DNA from: Hadesarchaea archaeon
GTDB taxonomy: Archaea; Hadarchaeota; Hadarchaeia; Hadarchaeales; Hadarchaeaceae
Length of the DNA stretch: 19,254 nt
Assembly: GCA_030619825.1 (NCBI GenBank)
Contig: JAUXAS010000008.1
Location: 1 to 19,254, forward strand
Reading direction: 5' to 3'
The position numbers and the translations under genes are program-made. Within the stretch, counting starts at the first letter, position 1. Every line of letters starts with the position of its first letter. Positions 15,826 to 19,254 of this stretch are shown here, piece after piece. The notes under the pieces are model-generated. The model was not told the origin of the DNA. It was given only the letters and a program-made list of their open reading frames with translations, and searched no databases.

Positions 15826-17154
15826 CTATAAACGTTTCCAAAGCTCCGAAGCCAATTGAGAAGCTTTTTGAGTGATCGATTTCTCGTCCAAGTCTACCAA
15901 TTTCTTATCCCGCATCAAAATTTTTCCATTACATATTGTCGTGTCTACAGTTGCATCAACCAAACCGAAGATCAGATGGCCTAGAAAGTTATTCTCATTT
16001 AATATGGTGGGGGGAAGGTAATCAATTAAAATGATGTCTGCCAAGGCACCCTTTGCAATTTCTCCCACTCTCCAGCCAGCGACCCTCTTCACAATCTTAG
16101 GGTTGTTGTCCAATAGCATTGCAGGTGCTTCCAAAAATGCAACCCGAGGGTCCTTTTTTACGTGGCGATGAATGAGATAGGAACATCTCATTTGAGAGAG
16201 CATATCTGAACTCATTCCATCGGTGCCCAGGCCAACCTCGATTCCCTTTCCCATCATTCCTAGGACATCGGCACAGCCCACGGCATTGTTCATATTTGAT
16301 TCAGGGTTGTGAACCACGTTAGTTCTCGTGGCTTTCAAAATATCCATCTCTTTTTCATCGACGTGAACACAGTGAACAGCGATGGACTTCTCTCCCAGAG
16401 CTCTATGTGAATTCAATCTCTCAACCACCCTCATATTGTATTTTTTCAAATTTTCATCTTCGTCAGCCTTGTCCTCAGCGCAGTGAACGTGAATCCCAAC
16501 CCCGTATTTTTTTGCTAGTTTAACCGACTTGTCCAATGTATCGTCATTCACTGTAAAGGTGGCGTGCAGACCAACCAACCCCTTCAGAAATTGGGATGGT
16601 CGAGAACTGAGGAGAGAAAGAAAGCGTTCATTTTCTTCCAGCCCCTCTTTCCCCCTTCCGTAGCGGTCAGAGGTTCCCAAGCAGAGGGAGCCACGAATCC
16701 CAACTTCCTCCACCGCTCTAGCAATTTCTTCCAAACTTCCCTTCTGATAAGATTGGCTTTCATGGTGGTCAATAATTGTGGTAGTTCCATTTCTTACGCA
16801 TTCGATCAGGGGAATCAAGGAGCTGTAATAGATATCTTCCTTGGTCAGGGCGTTATCCAATTTCCACCAGAGCTTCTCCAATATTTCAACGAAATTCTTC
16901 GCTGGTTCGCCAGGAATGGCCATACCCCTTGCAAAGGTTGAATAGAGATGATGATGGGCACATATCAGGCCGGGCATTACTATTTTTTCCGTTGCGTCTA
17001 TGACCTCCTCGGCCCGGTACTTGCCCCTAGCTTCCCCTGCCTTTTCAACACTTACGATCTTCCCATCCTCGATAGCTACGTTTCCTCGCTTGAGAATCCG
17101 CCGTTCCTTATCCATAGTTACAATTAGCCCGTTTTCTATCGCTAAACTTGCCAT
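15826..17154 (-). CDS. ssnA: Putative aminohydrolase SsnA
   Basis: HHHLYSTFARG, LWWKLD.AL, GTTTIIDHH, GLHATFT, HVHCAED, HNPESNMNNAVG, LGTDG and GHLIFG. ATG at 17154 follows a GGAGG RBS; downstream of ygfK as in bacteria. Confidence 0.88.
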   Translation of the reverse strand: MASLAIENGLIVTMDKERRILKRGNVAIEDGKIVSVEKAGEARGKYRAEEVIDATEKIVMPGLICAHHHLYSTFARGMAIPGEPAKNFVEILEKLWWKLDNALTKEDIYYSSLIPLIECVRNGTTTIIDHHESQSYQKGSLEEIARAVEEVGIRGSLCLGTSDRYGRGKEGLEENERFLSLLSSRPSQFLKGLVGLHATFTVNDDTLDKSVKLAKKYGVGIHVHCAEDKADEDENLKKYNMRVVERLNSHRALGEKSIAVHCVHVDEKEMDILKATRTNVVHNPESNMNNAVGCADVLGMMGKGIEVGLGTDGMSSDMLSQMRCSYLIHRHVKKDPRVAFLEAPAMLLDNNPKIVKRVAGWRVGEIAKGALADIILIDYLPPTILNENNFLGHLIFGLVDATVDTTICNGKILMRDKKLVDLDEKSITQKASQLASELWKRL

Positions 17155-17192
17155 ATTTTTAGCCCTCCTATTCCACATTATTTACTAGTTGC

Positions 17193-17207
17193 GATAAAAA
17201 CTTTTAC
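17193..17207 (-). promoter_or_regulatory. Putative archaeal BRE/TATA for ssnA
   Basis: Minus strand GTAAAAG-TTTTTATC about 23 nt upstream of the RBS. Confidence 0.5.
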
Positions 17208-17383
17208 GAGATAGCCGTGGAAGTTTCCCTGACCGTGCGGACACTCGCCTGCCTCGGGCCCCTCGTAGAAGGCCGTTTCTGTCATGCCGGATTCCGTAGG
17301 TCGCAGATGAAGCACATTGGAGGAGTTGGTTTTTTCGTGTATCAGTTTTCCTTTGATGGGTGCTGGTAGCCTCAGCAGAGATA

Positions 17384-19252
17384 TTAGCTTCGGGCAAAAG
17401 GCAGGAAAGGCAAGGAGGTGGTAACCCCCTTGAGGATTACGTACATCTCCGCTGGGCCGACCAAGGAAAACTCTCCTCGGAAATCCTTTTTCAATTTCAT
17501 GCTTTTGATTCGAAAGTCGGAGGAGAGTCTCATCCTCAACCACTCATTTTCGAAGATCATCTCTTCGGTCTCGCTCTCCACAGACAGACGCGACTCTTTC
17601 CCGCCTTCGCGCCTTCGGATGGTCCATTCCCGCTCGCCTCTCTCGATGTAGAAAGCGTTGTCCTCTTCCCGTTCAAAGTCGCTCTTCTCAAGGAAGAGCC
17701 CGGGCTTGTCTTCGTAAGGTTTGCCATCATGCACGCAGAAAGTCGCGCAGTTGCCACACTCGTTGCAAAAGTCTTGAATGTGGATGATCTGCCTAGCCTG
17801 TGCAACTTGGAAGACCTCCTCCCCGGACACCCTCAAGCCACTCTGCTGGCAGGAGACCTTGGGCAGCGTCGGGCTCATGAGGGAGACAAAGAAGGCATAA
17901 TTAGCTCGGTTGGGGCATACCTCCACGCACTTATCGCAGAAGTTGGAGCACTGCATACACCTGGCCGCCTCTCCCAGTGCCTCTTCCTCCGTCAGTGTTG
18001 CCTCGATAAGGTCAAAGCCGCCTCGCTCTTCGGGAGGGAGTATAGCTCCCCTGTACTGTGCCACTTTCCTAGCGCGGACATGTTTCATCTGCACGATATC
18101 TTCTTCGGAGAGCACGGGAAGTTGCCCAGTTGGCAGGTTGGCTCTTACGCCCAACTGGCGGCAAATCGCCTCGGCAGCCCGCCTTCCGTCAGCGCACGCC
18201 TCGATGATGGTGGCTGGTCCTCGAACCGCGTCCCCCCCCGCATAGACCTGCTCATGTCCTGTGCGCCCGGTTTGAGAATCTACAACGATAGTGTCGTTCT
18301 TGTGCAGGGAGACGGAGCTTCCGTCGATGAAGGAGACATCTGGGTGCTGGCCGATGCCCACGATTATGGAATCCGCCTCAATCTGGAATTCGCTCCCCTC
18401 GATGGAGATTGGCCTTCTCCTCCCGTCCGGGCCAGCTGCTCCCAGTTTGTTCCGAATGCACTCTAGGGCGACGGCCCGGCCCTCCTTGAGGATAATTCGG
18501 GTGGGAGAAGCCAGTTCTTCCAGAATGGCTCCTTCCGAGAAGAGTCCCTCAACCTCCTCTTCGGTGGCTGGCATCTCCCGGCGGGTTCGCCGGTAGACTA
18601 CCTTCACCGGCTCGCCGGTGAGCCGCTTGGCTGTTCTGGCCGCATCCATGGCCGTGTTCCCTCCGCCGATCACAAGGATCCTTTTGCCCAGGCCAACCCT
18701 TTCACCCCGGCTCACCCGCTCGAGAAAATCGAGGGCTTGGTAGACACCTTTTCTATCTTCGCCTTCGATGCCCAGGCGGGCACCTTTTTGGGCTCCCGAG
18801 GCTATGTAAACGGCATCGAAACCCTGATTAAGAAGCTCCTCCGGAGGAGTCGTGACAGGATGGGAAAGATTGATCTTGACCCCCAGCTTCTCGATTCGCT
18901 CAATGTCCTCCCGGACGACTGCCTCGGGCAGCCTGAAGGTTGGAGCTATGGCTAGCATCCCCCCCACCCTGTCTTTGGCCTCATAAATGACCACCTCGAT
19001 TCCGCACAGGGCTAGGTAGTAGGCTGCGGCCAGCCCCGAGGGGCCGCTACCGATCACCGCCACCATATGGCCGCTCCTTTCGGCCGCCTTCATCGTTACC
19101 CTTCCCTTTTCGGCGGCGAACCGCTTCAGCGCCATGATGGCTACTGGCTCGTCGTAGTTGTTCCGCGTGCATCGGGTCTGGCATAGGTGGGTACAAACGT
19201 AGCCTGTCACCTCAGGAAGTGGGTTGCGAGCTAGAATGATCTCCAGCGCCCG
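17384..19252 (-). CDS. ygfK: YgfK-family Fe-S flavoprotein oxidoreductase (often annotated 'putative selenate reductase'), 5'-truncated by the window
   Basis: The frame stays open to the window edge (RALEIILARNPLPEVTGYVCTHLCQTRCTR). It has the GSGPSG FAD motif, the GGGNTAMD NAD(P)H motif, and the YgfK-type C-terminal RCMQC..FCDKCVEVCPNRAN and DFCNECGNCATFC. Confidence 0.87.
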   Translation of the reverse strand, partial: RALEIILARNPLPEVTGYVCTHLCQTRCTRNNYDEPVAIMALKRFAAEKGRVTMKAAERSGHMVAVIGSGPSGLAAAYYLALCGIEVVIYEAKDRVGGMLAIAPTFRLPEAVVREDIERIEKLGVKINLSHPVTTPPEELLNQGFDAVYIASGAQKGARLGIEGEDRKGVYQALDFLERVSRGERVGLGKRILVIGGGNTAMDAARTAKRLTGEPVKVVYRRTRREMPATEEEVEGLFSEGAILEELASPTRIILKEGRAVALECIRNKLGAAGPDGRRRPISIEGSEFQIEADSIIVGIGQHPDVSFIDGSSVSLHKNDTIVVDSQTGRTGHEQVYAGGDAVRGPATIIEACADGRRAAEAICRQLGVRANLPTGQLPVLSEEDIVQMKHVRARKVAQYRGAILPPEERGGFDLIEATLTEEEALGEAARCMQCSNFCDKCVEVCPNRANYAFFVSLMSPTLPKVSCQQSGLRVSGEEVFQVAQARQIIHIQDFCNECGNCATFCVHDGKPYEDKPGLFLEKSDFEREEDNAFYIERGEREWTIRRREGGKESRLSVESETEEMIFENEWLRMRLSSDFRIKSMKLKKDFRGEFSLVGPAEMYVILKGVTTSLPFLPFARS

Positions 19253-19254
19253 AT

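Noticed and set aside
3321..15828. Genome-wide TAG reassignment (Pyl or Gln) as the explanation for the fttA stop
   Set aside because: TAG ends many genes here at their expected C-termini (ZPR1, fttA itself, egsA, phosphoesterase, hydantoinase-like, ssnA), so it is an ordinary stop codon in this organism.
17208..17383. SECIS element, selenoprotein or purine riboswitch next to ygfK
   Set aside because: The visible ygfK and ssnA frames have no in-frame TGA, and I see no convincing archaeal SECIS. The riboswitch-like words (TCGTA, GTTTCT, CCGTA) are on the wrong strand and lack the P2/P3 stems.
17360..18466. 368-aa plus-strand ORF, and similar antisense ORFs such as 3495..4175, 13391..14083, 10907..11446 and 183..575
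   Set aside because: They are shadows of well-supported genes on the opposite strand in GC-rich DNA and have no recognisable motifs.
1..19254. CRISPR array, transposase/integrase, or att-site duplication of the tRNA 3' ends
   Set aside because: I saw no regularly spaced repeats, recombinase motifs or repeated tRNA ends by eye.

Overview
Archaeal chromosomal segment. Histone, egsA, proteasome beta, FtsZ/SepF, BRE/TATA promoters and GGTGA ribosome-binding sites point to an FtsZ-dividing archaeon; an uncultured lineage such as Hadarchaeota or Bathyarchaeia is a guess only. The left ~9.4 kb is housekeeping: ftsZ 5' end, dtdA, tRNA-Val(GAC), tRNA-Ala(GGC), rpl37e, Sm, a PUA protein, sepF, ZPR1, aCPSF1/fttA, psmB, egsA, two small ORFs, a metallophosphoesterase and hypD. 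Both tRNAs carry bulge-helix-bulge introns at non-canonical positions (23/24 and 43/44), and fttA has an in-frame TAG exactly at a conserved Gln. The right ~9.7 kb is accessory. It holds an ADP-forming acyl-CoA synthetase beta/alpha pair whose alpha subunit lacks its phospho-His loop, and a divergent histone tightly upstream of a hydantoinase-like gene. It also holds two SsnA-like amidohydrolases, a PreA-like flavo/Fe-S protein without the catalytic Cys loop, and a partial ygfK. Together these look like an archaeal, compositionally mosaic version of the bacterial anaerobic purine/urate degradation cluster. All calls come from manual motif recognition; no searches were run.
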